64,000 nt of DNA from Felis catus (taxonomy: Eukaryota): positions 112,408,001 through 112,472,000 of the forward strand of contig NC_058368.1 in NCBI RefSeq assembly GCF_018350175.1. The letters run 5' to 3'. The notes under the pieces were generated by a model. That model did not search any database. It was given only the letters and a program-made list of their open reading frames with translations, and had not been told where the DNA came from. Within the stretch, counting starts at the first letter, position 1. Each line of letters starts with the position of its first letter. The translations under genes were made by a program, and so were the position numbers. Positions 1 to 13,415 of the stretch are shown here, piece after piece.

Positions 1-794
1 CCTGCCTTGGGTCGGTGAGATAAAGACCTGGGGCCTCAGGGACTGTCCTCCCCGTGGGGACACTGCTGCCTGGCTGTCCTCCTGAGCGGGAGGCCCTGCT
101 TTCCTCCACTGTGTCTCATGTGAGAACTCCTCACCCCGCCACCCCCGTCCACCGCCAGGATAGGAGGGCAGGGAGCTAATTTAGCAGATTATAAGACACC
201 ACCAAAACCAGGTACTCAGGTTGACGCAAAATCCTCATGCGGGGGATAAATAATCTAACTGGCTGTTGATCTGCAACCCAATAGAGAGATCATCGAAAGT
301 GCTCCCTGGTAGTTGTGTTAGAGTTTCCCCTTCTTCTGAGACAAACTGCTCATACTGGTGCCATGCACCCATGGACACAGGTCTTTGCACCCATACTTGC
401 AGGAGAGAGGAGAGTGGGGAGAACTGTTGTTATCATTAGTATCTGTGAAATGTTGCAAGAGGGGGAAACGCACGCATCCCAAAGGATCTTTCTCTGTGGC
501 TGCCCCGGACTTTGCTGCCTGAGGGTCAGCAGAAGATCGTGCCTTCTCTGCTTCCCCAGCTGGGTCACAGCATTTTCCAGAGTGTCCCGTATTCGTCTGT
601 GTGGCTGTCTCTCCATCAGTCTGCACGCCATGTCCACTCCTCACCTCAGACGCAGCCTATGCAGAGCACATGCTCAGTGCTCAGCAGCAACTGCTTACAC
701 CGAATAAATAAGTCAGCTCAAGACTTCGCTAAAGAGCAGAGAGAACAGCCTTCCCCAGAAGGCACCCACACGGCCTGCATGTGTTCGGTTTCTG

Positions 795-1270
795 TAGTGG
801 ATAAATATTTACTGAGCATCTACTCTATGCCAGGTATTCTTTTAGATACTGAGGATACAGCAGTGAACAGGACGAGTAAGATTCCTACCCGCAAGGAGTT
901 CGAATTTAATGAGGGGACAGATAACAACCAACCAACAAATCAAATGGCAGCAGTTGTTAAAGGAATGAAAATGAATAGAGAGTGATAAGGGTCGGGAAAG
1001 ACCTGTGTCCTTTAAAGCGAGTTCTGAGGACAAAAGAAGGGAGACAGAGGGAAGAGCCTTCCAGATGGAGGAGACAGCTAGTGCAAAGGTCCTGAGGCAG
1101 AACTAAACGTGGCATGCTAGAGAAACAGGAAGAAGTCATCCAGATGGCTAAAAGGGTGCAGAGTGGAAGTGGGGAGTGGGTGGCGTGGGAATAAAGAAGC
1201 GGGTGGGCCGAGGCCAGATCACCTGGATTAGTCTACCTGTGCCATGAAGCCACTAAGGTGCTCTAAGCAG
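795..1270 (-). mobile_element. LINE2 fragment (3' end)
   Basis: ataaatatttactgagcatctactctatgccagg...gatacagcagtgaacag...tgcaaaggtcctgaggcag matches the reverse complement of the L2 3' end. Confidence 0.7.
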
Positions 1271-1542
1271 GGTGGGGGAGAGTGGCACAAATCTGTTCAT
1301 GGAGGCATTTTGAGAAGACCTCGTGATCAAACCAGGGTCTCATCCTTCTGTGGGGATGACCCTTCCACTGTCATGCTGCTTTTAAGGGAGGGACGTGACT
1401 TTCTGCTGCTCTTTCCTCACTTGCTTAGCCCTTCCGGTGCACGTTTGGGCCTGTAGAGGAGAGAGACTGGCTCTCAGGAGGACAGAAACCACAACTCCGG
1501 GCTTGAAAGCACTGAACAACTCCACCCTGGCCAGGGCTCTTT

Positions 1543-1753
1543 GGTTTTGTGTGTGTGTGTGTGGTTAGTTTATTTATTTATTTTGAGAATGAGAGAACCA
1601 GGGAGGGGCAGAGAGAAAGGAGAGAGACAGAATCCCAAGCAGGCATGGAGCCTGACGGGGGTCTCAAACCCACAAGCCCACGAAACATGAGATCATGACC
1701 TAAGCTGAAACCAAGAGTCAGATGCTTAACCGACAGAGCCCCCCAGGCACCCC
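1543..1753 (-). mobile_element. Can-SINE (SINEC_Fc-like) with (GT)n in tail
   Basis: Ends ...cagagccccccaggcacccc; degenerate TSD tggccagggctcttt / tgaccagggctgttt. Confidence 0.85.
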
Positions 1754-2321
1754 TGACCAGGGCTGTTTTAAACTGTAAGTGAGAGAGACACCACACGAAC
1801 CAGCTAAAGTCAGAAAGGGAGTTTGTTGGCTGCCAAGACTGATAGTGACTGTGCTTGAACTTGAAGGGTTCAGTGTCAGCAGGACTGTCTCTGTCAGCTG
1901 TCACTCTGTTTCTCTCTTTGCACTGACTTTATTTTCTCTTACTCTAGCAGAGCTTCCTCCCAGATGCCTTCAGTTCTGCAAGGTAGAGTGTCTGTCCTGG
2001 ACCTCATGCCTCAGGGGGCCCCATGCTTTGGAGTAACTTCCTTGAAATTACTGGGGCTGGAGCCATCAGTCCTTTCATAGGTGCTCTGGTCCTCATTTCT
2101 TCCATTAGGTCCCTCTTTCACCTACAGAGTCAATCACAGGCTGGGAGGAACTTGAGAACTCACATCCGTGGGGTTATCCTGTGGCCCTGTGGACAGGCCC
2201 CAGTTCCAGGATGATGGTCTGATGAGTAGTTCACTCTCCCAGGGTAGCATGGTATTTCTTTCACTGGATCTCACAAGATGGCCATCAGAATGATGCTGAC
2301 ATGCTGATTTGGGATGACTTT

Positions 2322-2537
2322 AAAAAAAATTTTTAATGTTTATTTTTGAGACAGAGAGAGAGACACCCAGTGCAAGTGAGGAAGGGGCAGAGAGAGAGGG
2401 AGACACAGAATATGAAGCAGGCTTCAGGCTCCCAGCTGTCAGCACAGAACCCAACACAGGGCTTGAACTTACGAACCGGGAGATCGTGACCTGAGCGGAA
2501 GTCAGATGCTTAACCCACTGAGCCACCCAGGCGCCCC
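2322..2537 (-). mobile_element. SINEC_Fc
   Basis: Reverse complement of ggggcgcctgggtggctcag... with (ct)n and A tail; TSD tgattt(g/c)ggatgacttt. Confidence 0.92.
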
Positions 2538-3234
2538 TGATTTCGGATGACTTTTACTCCCATCTGACACAGGATGAGTTCAGAGTTCTGGGCTACCATG
2601 ACTCTTGGGCTCAAGGTGCATGTGAAGGCCTGAGCATCAGTCTCTCCTGTTCATGTCCTGATTGTGCCCTTTTAGTCTGTAACCCCCGAGTATGGCCTGT
2701 TGGTGGCAGGCGTCCTTTATCCTGTCCCCTGCTGCTGTACCACCCCACACTACACCACATGTCAGGATCTATACCACATGGCCATGCCTCTCTCCCTCGA
2801 GGGTTTTGAGACCATTTCTCCACAACCACAATGTGCTATTATAATTGATATTCTCTCTTGCAACAGATTGATTTTTGTGCCCTCCTGGGTTGGTTGTGAC
2901 GCATGCCAGATAAGGGACAGGCCTTCTTTGTGCAGATGGAGATAACGATATAGCTCTGACCTCTGCCCTCAACCACCTGCATCTTTTCATTTACCTCCCT
3001 TCCATGTATGATTGGCTAGGAAGCCTTTATAAAGCCAGGACCGAGTGGCACAGTTTCAAGAAACACAGACCATCTATCTAAATTAATTTCAAAATAGCTC
3101 AAGTATTTTTATTCTTTACTCTTTGAAGATTCTGAAGGGAATCTAAGTACATGCTTCACAGCAGTTCTCTACATTTTTACCTGACAGTTCACAGCTTCTC
3201 CAGCACAGATTTCTTAAAAATTCATACCCTTCCT

Positions 3235-3445
3235 GGGCACCTGGGTGGCTCAGTCAGTCGGGCATCTGACTCCTGATTTCAGCTCAGGTCATGATCCAAG
3301 CGTCATGGGATTGAGCCCCCTGTTGGGCCCCTCACTGAGTGTCAAGTCTGCTTAAGATTCTCTCTCTCTTTCTCTCTCCCCACCCCCCCACCTTCTGCCC
3401 CTCTCCCCTGCTCGTGCTCTCTGAAAAAAAGAAAAAGAAAAAAAA
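3235..3445 (+). mobile_element. Can-SINE
   Basis: gggcacctgggtggctcagtcagtc...(ct)n...A-rich tail; TSD-like aaaaattc(a/t)t(a/g)ccctt. Confidence 0.88.
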
Positions 3446-3536
3446 TTCTTGCCCTTGCCAAAACACCTAACCCCACAGCCCGTGTGGCCTTTCTTCTTCA
3501 TTTCTACTCTTCCTCTTAGTATTTAATTACCTAGAT

Positions 3537-4150
3537 CTGTGCTGTCCAGAGTATGGTGGCCACTAGCCACGTATGGCTGTTAAGCACTTTAAGTGCGGCT
3601 GATCTGAAAGGAGATGTGCACTAAGTGTAAAAAACACACCGTATTTTGAAGGCTTGATATGAAATTTAAAAAGGAAATTTAAAATAACTGACTGATTTTT
3701 TATATTCATTCCAAGTTGAAATGATAATGTTTTAATATATTGAGTTAAATGAAATATGTAATTAAATTAACTTTACCTGTTTCTTCTTGCTTTTTCTAAA
3801 ATATATATATGTATATAATATATATATACATGTACATATATATGTATATATATGGGATATATGTATATATATGTATATATACATTTTTTTTTGAGAGAGA
3901 GAGAGAGAGAGAGCAAGCAGGGGGACGGCAGAGAGAAGGAGACATAGGACCCAAACCGGGCTCTGCGCTGACAACAGCGAGTCCAATGTGGGGCTCAAAC
4001 TCACAAACCACAAGATCATGACCTGAGCTGAAGTGGGACCCTCAACTGACTGAGCCACCCAGGTGCCCCTCCTTTTGCTTGTTTAGTATGGCTGGTAGAA
4101 AATTTTAAGGGGCATATGTTGCTCATGTTATATTTCTTTTGCACAGTGCT
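3537..4150. mobile_element. MER33-like hAT-Charlie DNA transposon remnant, interrupted by a SINE
   Basis: Ends ctgtgctgtcca... and ...gcacagtgctg; internal gccactagccacgtatggct and gagatgtgcactaagtgtaaaaaacacacc resemble the MER33 consensus as remembered. Confidence 0.75.
3798..4069 (-). mobile_element. SINEC_Fc with (TA)n-expanded tail, nested in MER33
   Basis: ...ctgagccacccaggtgcccc head at 4069, (ga)n, T-run and (TA/TG)n at ~3800-3882. Confidence 0.88.
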
Positions 4151-4337
4151 GAGTCAGATCAATGAAGACTTCCCAGTTTTCTCCTTTTCCTCCTGCCTCT
4201 TCCTCTTTCCTTCCTGGTTCTGTCTTCCTTGACCTGATGTCTTGGTTTGAAAACACAAAAGTCCCACTAAGTGGTCTGGCAGAAAAGAAGCTCTCCCAGA
4301 TGAGCAAAGGCTCTAGATATAAATACATCAGTCATTT

Positions 4338-4550
4338 ATTTTAAATTTTTTTAATGTTTATTTTTTTTTTGAGAGAGAGACAGCATGAGTGGGGGAGGAG
4401 CAGAGAGAGAGGGAGACACAGAATCTGAAGCAGGCTCCAGGCTCCGAGCTGTCAGCACGGGAGCCTGACGCAGGGATTGAGCTCATGAACCTCAAGATCG
4501 TGACATGAGCTGAAGTCAGACACTTAACCACCTGAGCCACCCAGGCGCCC
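4338..4550 (-). mobile_element. SINEC_Fc
   Basis: Full-length body; TSD atacatca(g/a)tcattt. Confidence 0.92.
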
Positions 4551-6624
4551 GATACATCAATCATTTTTGTCTCATCCCACGTATGTTAAATCGTATTTGC
4601 TTTACTTGAGGAACGAAAGGACTTCACTATTGAAATCACCATCATAAAATTTACTACACAGAAAACATCAGATGGAGGGAAAACAGTAATTCTTTTTTCC
4701 TGAAACACTTACAAAGTCCACATCTTAATCTAGAGTTTAAATTATTTCATTCATGATTTAACTCCTCGCAAATGTCTGTTGTGTCCAGGCTCTGCCATGA
4801 TTCTATACTTCTCAGTCGACACATTCATATTAAGACCATTAGCTCTTTTTTATTTAAAATTGGTAGGCAACACTTTCCTATTTTGTGTTTCTTCGCTTGG
4901 ATAAATGTCTAGTTCCCAGTCCATCATCACCAATAACTTAAGAACCATTTTATTCTTCACTCCAGGAGGCTGTCCCTAACCAGGAAAGCCAGGCTGCTGT
5001 GACTCACGCCTCGCATAAAATATGTCTGTTTGGGAAAACAGCCAGAACTATTGCTTGACCTTATGATAAGAGATAAAAAGTAGTTGTGAATACAACAGGA
5101 GGATTTGTTCTAAACTTTTAAATATTTTTATTTGATGATCTTTTAAATCTTTTTTTTATTGAAATGCAGTGCACAATGACAGCTAACAAGAGACGTATTC
5201 CCACGTCTAAGTGTTCACATATGTGAAAAATAATTGGATGTGGGCTGAATAGATGCATTTGAAACAAATCATGGGTGAAGAACAAGAGACGATCTTTTGC
5301 TTGATGATTATTCTCCCTGTGTTAATAAGGGAGTAATTTACCCTGGGTGGTTGCAGCCAAAGATTGAAAAGCTAACCAGTTAATGCTATCAGCCTGTGGT
5401 TTTGTTAAGTCAGGAATCGAACTTGGAAAATGGTTCCTTGGAATCTCCAGGGAACAGGGTGGGGCTGGAAAGCCGGAATCCCATGTCTTTGCCCATGAAG
5501 AGCACACATATATAATTTTAGGATTTATTAGTTAGTATTTACTAATACTTTGGTTTTGTACATTTAAAATTTCAGACAATTGCTTGTTCATGTTCACTGA
5601 GGAAGAGGAAGTCGAGTATTGTGTAATTAAACGGAATCAGGAGAATTTACGCTGATATTTGGTAAGCCATTTCCTCTTCTTACTACAAGTGTCTGATACA
5701 TGCTTTTCCCGATAAGTAGCAGAACTGCTGTTCTCATCAGAAATTTCGGAGCTGAAATAGAAATCTCTGAGGGGCTGTTTGACTTTGAGGTGGCGTTTTT
5801 GTAAGGATTTTTTGGAAACAAGGGGCAGTTGTGAATTTAGATCTTCGAGGACTGTGCTATTACCTCTGACGAGATGAATGTTCAGGCATGTGCAAACAAG
5901 TCTCTTGGTGTTTGGCCCAGAAAGCTCGATTGTTTCCCCCTCTGGCCTGCACTTTCTGTGTGAGAGTGGACCCTTGCAGTAGAGCGGGAGTAGGACAGTG
6001 ATCTAGAGATCTGCACGCTTACCCAAAAGCCCAGCCAGCTTCTCCTGAGTCAGGAAGAGGCCGACTGCACTCCTCAAGAAGTCCCAATGTAGAAGCAGCT
6101 TTCAAAGGTCCCTTTCCCCACCCCTCCCCCTCTCTGCGGTGCTTGCCCTCAGCCAAATGCATGGCTGTGCGCTCCTAAAGATCTCAGGACACCTTCCAGC
6201 AGCTTTTGCAACCCGTCCCAAGCCTAACACTAGAGCAAATCCTCTAAATGTGTAATATAAATTTGCCCTGGTCTAATCTGGGGACCCCGTGGGGGCGCTG
6301 CCTTAATACCACATGTCCAGGTAAGGTATGGAGAGACAGACTGATTTCTATCTCTGTTAAATATGCTCCCTCTTAAGTGATGTGACTAAGGAAGGAACAC
6401 CTTCTCAAATTTCTCTGGAGGCCTATGGTTTGGTGCTAAGAAGATACGGAGGCAGAAATTTGCGGCTCTTTACTAAATCTTGCCATACACCTGCAGCCTT
6501 GTCAGTATAAATTCTGATCTCAGAGGAAAAATGAACTTCAAATGTGACCCACACGGATACATATCAGAACCCTGTCTAATAGATAGGCTGGCAGAGCCAT
6601 AGAAGAAGTGGGTACCAAATCACC

Positions 6625-6756
6625 AAGTCAAAAAGATGTCTACACCCCAGTGTTCATTACGGTATTATTTATAATAAATATGGAATATATAACAGATAGA
6701 TATGGAAGCAGCCCAGATAGCCACTGATGGATGAGTGGCTAAAGGAAATGGGAGGT

Positions 6757-6797
<41 letters not shown>

Positions 6798-7292
6798 GGA
6801 TGGAATACTATTCAGAAAGAAATAAGGCACTATTGCCGTTTGTGAGAACATGGATGGCCCTTAAGAACAGTATGCAAAGTGAAGTAAGTCAGACAGAGAA
6901 AGACAAACTACTGTTTGATATCATTTATACGTGGAATCAAAAGAAGAGAGAACAGACTGGTGGTTGCCAGACTGGGCGGTAGGGGACAGGGGCAGGGGAC
7001 AAAATGGGTGAAGGGGGTGGGAAGGTACAAACTTCCCATCATAAAGTCCCGAGGGTGTAATGTACAACATGGTGACGATAGTTAATAATACTGAATGGCA
7101 AATTTGAAAGTTGCTCAGAGAGTAGATCTTAAAAGTTCTCATCACAAGAAAAAATAATTATATATATGTATGGTGATGGATGTTGACTAGACTTACTAGG
7201 GTAATCATTTTTGCGAGATGCATCAGATCATTATGTTGGAGAAATAAAACTAATACAAGGTTATATGTAAATTATCCCTCCATTTAAAAAAA
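6625..7292 (+). mobile_element. LINE1 3' end (L1MA-like) with internal (CA)n
   Basis: atggaatactattcag, agtgaagtaagtcagacagagaaagacaaa, tgaaagttgctcagagagtagatcttaaaagttctcatcac and an A tail are typical of old L1 3' UTRs. Confidence 0.85.
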
Positions 7293-10200
7293 GGTATGGG
7301 TGGGTGCCTGGTAAGGGCAGGAGATGAAGGTGAAGAAGATCTCCCAACACTAAAGGAGCACCAGCTGGGGCCCCAGGTTCCTGGGGAGGAAGACACAGGT
7401 CTGCCCTGCTTAGAGGCTGTGGAGCATCACTGTGGAGCAGTGATGGTGGGTGGAGCCCTCCTCCCGGCATCCTGTTTCTAGACATTAAATATCTGGTTCA
7501 CTGCCTGAGCAAATCTCTGAATGCTTTTCATAGCGTGAAGGGAAAACAGAGGAGGAGTCCAAGCCTAAATGCTAATGCAAGTCTCTGCATTAAAGAAACA
7601 TTTATTATGGGTTTGAACCAAGGCCAGGCTCAGGCTGCCAGAGAGAGCTGGAAGGAGAGATTGGAGAGTGCTTCCTTTGAAGCTGGTGGTCAGATCTCTG
7701 CTGGCTGTGGTAGCGAACCTATCTTATCCCACCAAAGAGGAAGGCTATTATTTAGGAGGGAGGGGGCCCGCATTTGAAGTTCTGTATTAACATTATTACA
7801 AATGATAGAAAACTTTTTTTTTCCAGACAGCTTTTATGTTGCAGAGACCAAAACAGCTTGCCTAATGTGGGTTTTGCCCACTCCCCTTAGAGTAGTAATT
7901 TTAAAAGAGCTTTAATTTAATGAAACAAATTGCCATGCCAAATAGTCCCCAGTGGGGGTGGAGATGGTCTGCAGTGCTGAAGGGCTCTCAGCCCTGCCTG
8001 AAATTTCCAGGCTGTGGAGTTGTCCTGGGCCTGCCCGCCGCCTAGGGGTGCAGCTCTTCACGAGTAGCTCTGAGTGCCGAGCCAAGAGCCAGGATGAACA
8101 AGGATGAGCCGACCTTACTCTGCTCTCATGGCAGCTGTGGGCCTGAGGGGGCCAGGTGGGATGGGGAGAGAGGGCATCCAATGTGAATCCAAAGCAGAAA
8201 GTATGAAGGGCCATGTGAAAGTCTGATAGAACATTGCAGGGAGATCACCACCAGGCAGGGGGCATCAGGTGGAGAAGGCATATTTAGGATGCACTTCAAA
8301 AGATGGTCAGGATTTGGACAAGAAACAGAGTAGAAGACAGATGAAAAGAGGGCACATGGGGAAGTTGGAGGCATGCCTGGGGAAGGAGGAGAGTTTGGAG
8401 AAGAGGCTGAGAAGGGTAATCAGGGCCAGGTTGTGGAGGGTCTGGTGTGGGAGGGAAAGGGCTGGGGGTCGCTGCAGTGGCCCAGGGGAGAGGAGCCGAG
8501 TCTGGCAGTGCTGTTGCAGGCGTGTCTGTGATAGTGACTGTCAGCGGGCCCTGGGAGCTTCAAAACTGAGGCTGGAAGCACAGAACCTGAGTTCGGGCTT
8601 AAATGGTCTGAGGTGAGGCCATGGGCATTAGGATTTGTGAAAAGCTGCCCATAGTCACTGATTCTAAGATGCTGTCAAGGTGAAGAACGAAACGTTTGCA
8701 TTGTGATTCAGTGGGGTGAGACTTGTTTTCGAAGCTTGCGGTGATGCCAGTGATCCTGGTCCACGGGCCACTCTTGGAGTAGCAAGAGGGTCCTTAGGAC
8801 TCGGCCACACAGAGCACCTGCCTGCAGTTGAACCTTGCTGGGGAGGAAAAATGGAAAACATTTGACCTCTTCCATCTGGTATGCCCTGGGATGCTGGCGC
8901 TTGCTGAGGGAGGGCAGCCTCTTTCACTAGCGGTCGCTGTCCTTCAGGGACAAATGGGAACTCTAAACTGAAGCACACATACTCCTAGAGCTAGAGGAAG
9001 ACGTTTCAGGGGTTGAGCGAGCATGGGCAACTTTTGCTGGGTCCGTTTCCTCAGCTTCCACAGCTGGGCTCTCCCACAACAGATCCGCCGGAGGGCACCC
9101 TCCTCCATGCTGACCAGCCTACTCCTCCTCGCCTTCCCTCCCAGTCTCTTCCCTCACCCTTGGCAGAGGGAAGATTTCCCTCTCATAGGCCTTACCACGG
9201 ACGGGGCACTGTGGCTGGATGCAAAAGTCCCCATGATTCGTACCAGAGGGCAACGAGAAAATGCAGGCTCTCGCGATCAAAGCAAGAAATAGTTGACGGT
9301 GTTGCCCTTGGCTTCGTGAGCACAGAGCCTTCTCTATCACTGCTAGAATCATATCTTGTAAGGGATTCTCAGGAGGGCCTGCAGCAATATGTTTATTTGA
9401 ATTTAAAAGATGAAATCTTTTTTTTCTGACCAGAAGTAAGTCAACTTTGCTTAATGTTGACAATGAGGACTGACTTTGCAATTAGATCATACATTTATTT
9501 AGCCGTATGGACCAGTCCTTATTCCAAACACTTTACACAAATGCAGTGATTTAATCTTCTCAAAGGCCTTATAATTAAGTACTACTATTATTCCCAGTTG
9601 ATACAGAATATTGATGTACAAGAGGTTAAGTAACTTGTCCACAGTCACATGGCTGGTAAGGGTTGACATTTTCTATAAATTTCACGAACTCAATCTATAG
9701 TTCCAACATTTTGACAAAAATACAATGTGATGTCCATGTTCAAAGTACAGTACTCGGGCATCTTTGGCAGTTATTTAAACATATGGTAAAGATCTTTAAC
9801 TATCGCCTTTAAAATTTGGCTCACTGACTATGCAGTCTTGGCCCAGTCCCACTTTTCTGAGGGTCAGCCCCTCATCTGCAAAAAATGGAACAAGCATCTC
9901 TGCTCAGCAGGGTTGCTGAAAGAGCAAATGTGAGAGCCCAAGAAGTAGCCTGGCCCGTAGCCAGTTCTGGATGAATGGCAGATATTATTAACATGGTTGG
10001 CATCTGGAAAGCCATCTTGGCGTGTGGTAGGAGCTTCCTGAATGTAAGTGCCCGTCCACCTGATTAATGATCCCCCAGATTTCATTCCCATGGCATAAAA
10101 TGCCCTGTGGGGGGTGGTAGTGTGAGGCAGCTATGCATCCTCTTGTCTTCCTTGTCCAAATTTCCTCAAAGAAGACATCACAGTGCACTTCCTCCAGCAT

Positions 10201-11699
10201 GCCCCCTCTGAGTGATAAAGTCTCACAATGACCTCTCTTTTTGTTGACCATTTGACTGGCTCACACTAGGTCTTCGCGAGCAGATCAATGAATCAGTGAA
10301 TGAATGAATGCTGGGAATCGGGGAGAGGGAATGAGGCAGGCACTTCCTTGCCTTCACCAAACTTGCAGTCTAGATGTCACCAGACAATTGCAACACTGAC
10401 AGATGCCAAACTAGTAGAAAAAGAGGGGCCAGCACAAGCCCACGTAAGGGGCATCAAGGAAGGGAAGGAAGGCTTCCTGGAAGGAAGTGGTGTCTAAACT
10501 AAAATCAAATGGACAAGTAGAAGTCAGACAGCAGGAGCAGTGTGTTCATAGGCCTGGAGGTAAGAAAAGATCCACTGAGCTTTGAGAATAGGACTTAGTA
10601 AACTTGACCATGGATGAAGATTTCCTAGTCCTAAGCTTGATTTCTTGCCTTCTGTTGCCCCTCCCAGATGGTCAAAACCCAAGGAGTTTTCTACATCTTT
10701 TGTATTCACCCTATATTTGCTCATTTCTTACCTCCTGGAGCACTGCATAGAACCCATTCTAGCCAGGAAATGGGTTAACAGCACCCCATCTGCTGGTCCC
10801 TAGGACACACATCGCCAGGAAGCCATGCTCTGAAATATCTGTTCACACATCAAAATCGGGATTATGTGGGAGCACTTCACCTGCAACGGGCATACAGACC
10901 CTGTGGCCTCAGAGCTGGGGCTTTGGGTCTATAGGGTGGATGAAATGTGTGGCTTGTCCCAGTCTGCCTTTCGATCCCAAGATCAGAGAAGAGCACAGAG
11001 TCAGCAGCAGGGCAGGGAGAGCAGGATTGTCTGTTTATACTGTCTCTCTGTGACTGAAGGTCAAATCCTGTCACCAGCAGACAGACTAGCCTTTGTTGCT
11101 TCCCCGGAGTGGCTCTGGACACTCTCTCTCCCCCATACTTTCTGGGGCTTTCTGTTCCAGTCTGCAAAATTAACTCCTGCAAATGAAACAAGAAACAAGA
11201 TCTGGACACTGCAAATCCACCAACCGAGATCAGATATGTCTTTTGAGGCATGAAAGCAAAGATTTTCTGTGATTTTTCAGAGCCTTCCCAGTTGCAAGAT
11301 TTTCCTGGAAATCCACAAGTAAGTGCTACTTGTGTACTAGAAACAATGAAATTCATTCTTACGGTTGGCTCCAGAGTGGTCAGTGATATCACCACACAGA
11401 CAAACACACTCCCTATCCGTCTGCTAGCGAAGGCTACATTTATGTCAAACTAATTTATGTGTTTCCAGTTTAAAAAATTCAGTTTATTTTCCCTGTGGTT
11501 GTGATGAGCAGGTTGGCTGACAAAGAAAAATCAGTAGAAGGAGACTTTCCCAAAGATCAGAAAAAGAGTAAAGCAGAATGTGACAACACTTGGCTCTGTT
11601 GGCCTGACCAGTACATTGACCAAAGCCTGAGGTCTAGGGTGAAGTTCCCTGCACATGGAGACTTGGCCACTTGAACCATACTAGAGCCTGCCATTTTCT

Positions 11700-12119
11700 T
11701 TCTTTCTTTCTTTTTTTAAATATAATTAAGTGTCAAGTTAGCTAACATACGGAGTATACAGTGTGTTCTGGGCTTTGGGACTAGATTCCCCGTGATTTTT
11801 CACTTACGTGCAACACCCAGTGCTCATCCCAACAAGTGGCCTCCTCGATGCCCATCACCCATTTTCCCTCCACCCCCCCCCCATCAACCCTCAGTTTGTT
11901 CTCTGTACTTAAGAGTCTCCCATGGTTTGACTCCCTCTCAGTTTGTAACTATTTTTTTTCTTCCCTTCCCCCATGGTCTTCTGTTAAGTTTCTCAAATTC
12001 CACATACGAGTAAGAACATAAGATATCTGTCTTTCTCTGAATGACTTATTTCACTTAGCATATTACATTGTTGCAAATGGCCAGATTCCATTCTTTTTCA
12101 TTTCTGAGTGGTATTCCAT

Positions 12120-12168
<49 letters not shown>

Positions 12169-12336
12169 CTGCACACACACACATATACACCACATCTTTA
12201 TCCATTCATCAGTCACTGGATATTTGGGCTCTTTCCATAATTTGGCTAGTGTTAATAGTGCTGCTTTAAACATTGGTATACACGTGCCCCTATGAATCAC
12301 CACTCTCGTATCCTTTGGATATAAATGCCTAGTAGT
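11700..12336 (-). mobile_element. 5'-truncated carnivore LINE1 3' end
   Basis: T-rich tail, tgacttatttcacttagcat, ccacatctttatccattcatc; 16-bp TSD gagcctgcc(a/g)ttttct at 11684 and 12337; (CA)n inside. Confidence 0.88.
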
Positions 12337-13357
12337 GAGCCTGCCGTTTTCTAAGAGCACTTCTTTTTGCTCCTAAAAGTAGTCCCAACTTTCCTTTACA
12401 AGACCTTTAACATGTGTGTTTTCCAGGATGTCTTTCCTGACCAATCTCACCTGGCCCTGGTCACTCCTTTGGGTTTTCTTTCATGGCTGTGTGCCCCACC
12501 TCGGGTTGTAAGCCCTGTGAAGTCAGGAACAAACCATTTCTTGACTGTCCTCTCTGCAGCTCTAGAGGAAGCATTTGTCAATGGGAGGGATGGGGTCCGA
12601 GGCTACCGACTCCACAGGTATCATTTCCTTACTGGCAGGATGTTTGAGCCCAAATCCAGCCCCTGTCTTCCTCCATCGCTTAGGACTCCTCTTGCAAATA
12701 GGCCGTTTTGCACAACTGCCTTTTCCAGGAGACACCTTGCACTGCGGTGCTTGTGTTTGGCTGCAGTTAACTCCAAGGCCTGTGCCAGCCACACACTCAA
12801 CAAGGGCCATGCTTCCAGCCAAGTGAGTCCTCTGAAATGAAAACACAAACAGGCCATCCTGCCGGGACCGGTAGCTGCCTGCTGCTAGCTGGGGAGGAAG
12901 GACTTTCATTAGTTATTGTCACTGAGCTGGCACTGTGCCGATCCCCACATCTGGAAACAGTTATGAAGAAAGAAGAGGCATGAAAGCCTGGGCCTCATGA
13001 CCCTGCAGTGTTCCTTTCTGCTGCTTTATTTATTAATTTGCTGGTTTGGAGTGATCAACTCAGGTCCCCAGTGTAAGTTACAGGAACCGAAGTTAAAAAG
13101 GGGCCACGACAGTCACAATACGCTCCGAAAACAGGCCAAGATCTTATTTATGGAGTCTTGGATGAACTTTACATCTAAATAAACATGTTTTGAAGTTGCA
13201 TAGTGTGTTGGACTTTAATCACCAAGCCAAGCCTTTCTAAGCTCTGCCTCGAGCTTCATGCTCCTCCCCAACTTGGCAGGACTCTGCCACATAGGTCTCC
13301 AGGGCACGCTAGGATATGTGCTCATCGGATTTGGACATGCAGATAGAGCCTGCTGTT

Positions 13358-13371
13358 TGTGCACGCGCGTG

Positions 13372-13413
<42 letters not shown>
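13358..13413. repeat. (CG)/(CA)n alternating purine-pyrimidine microsatellite
   Basis: tgtgcacgcgcgtgcgcgcgc(ac)n. Confidence 0.95.
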
Positions 13414-13415
<2 letters not shown>

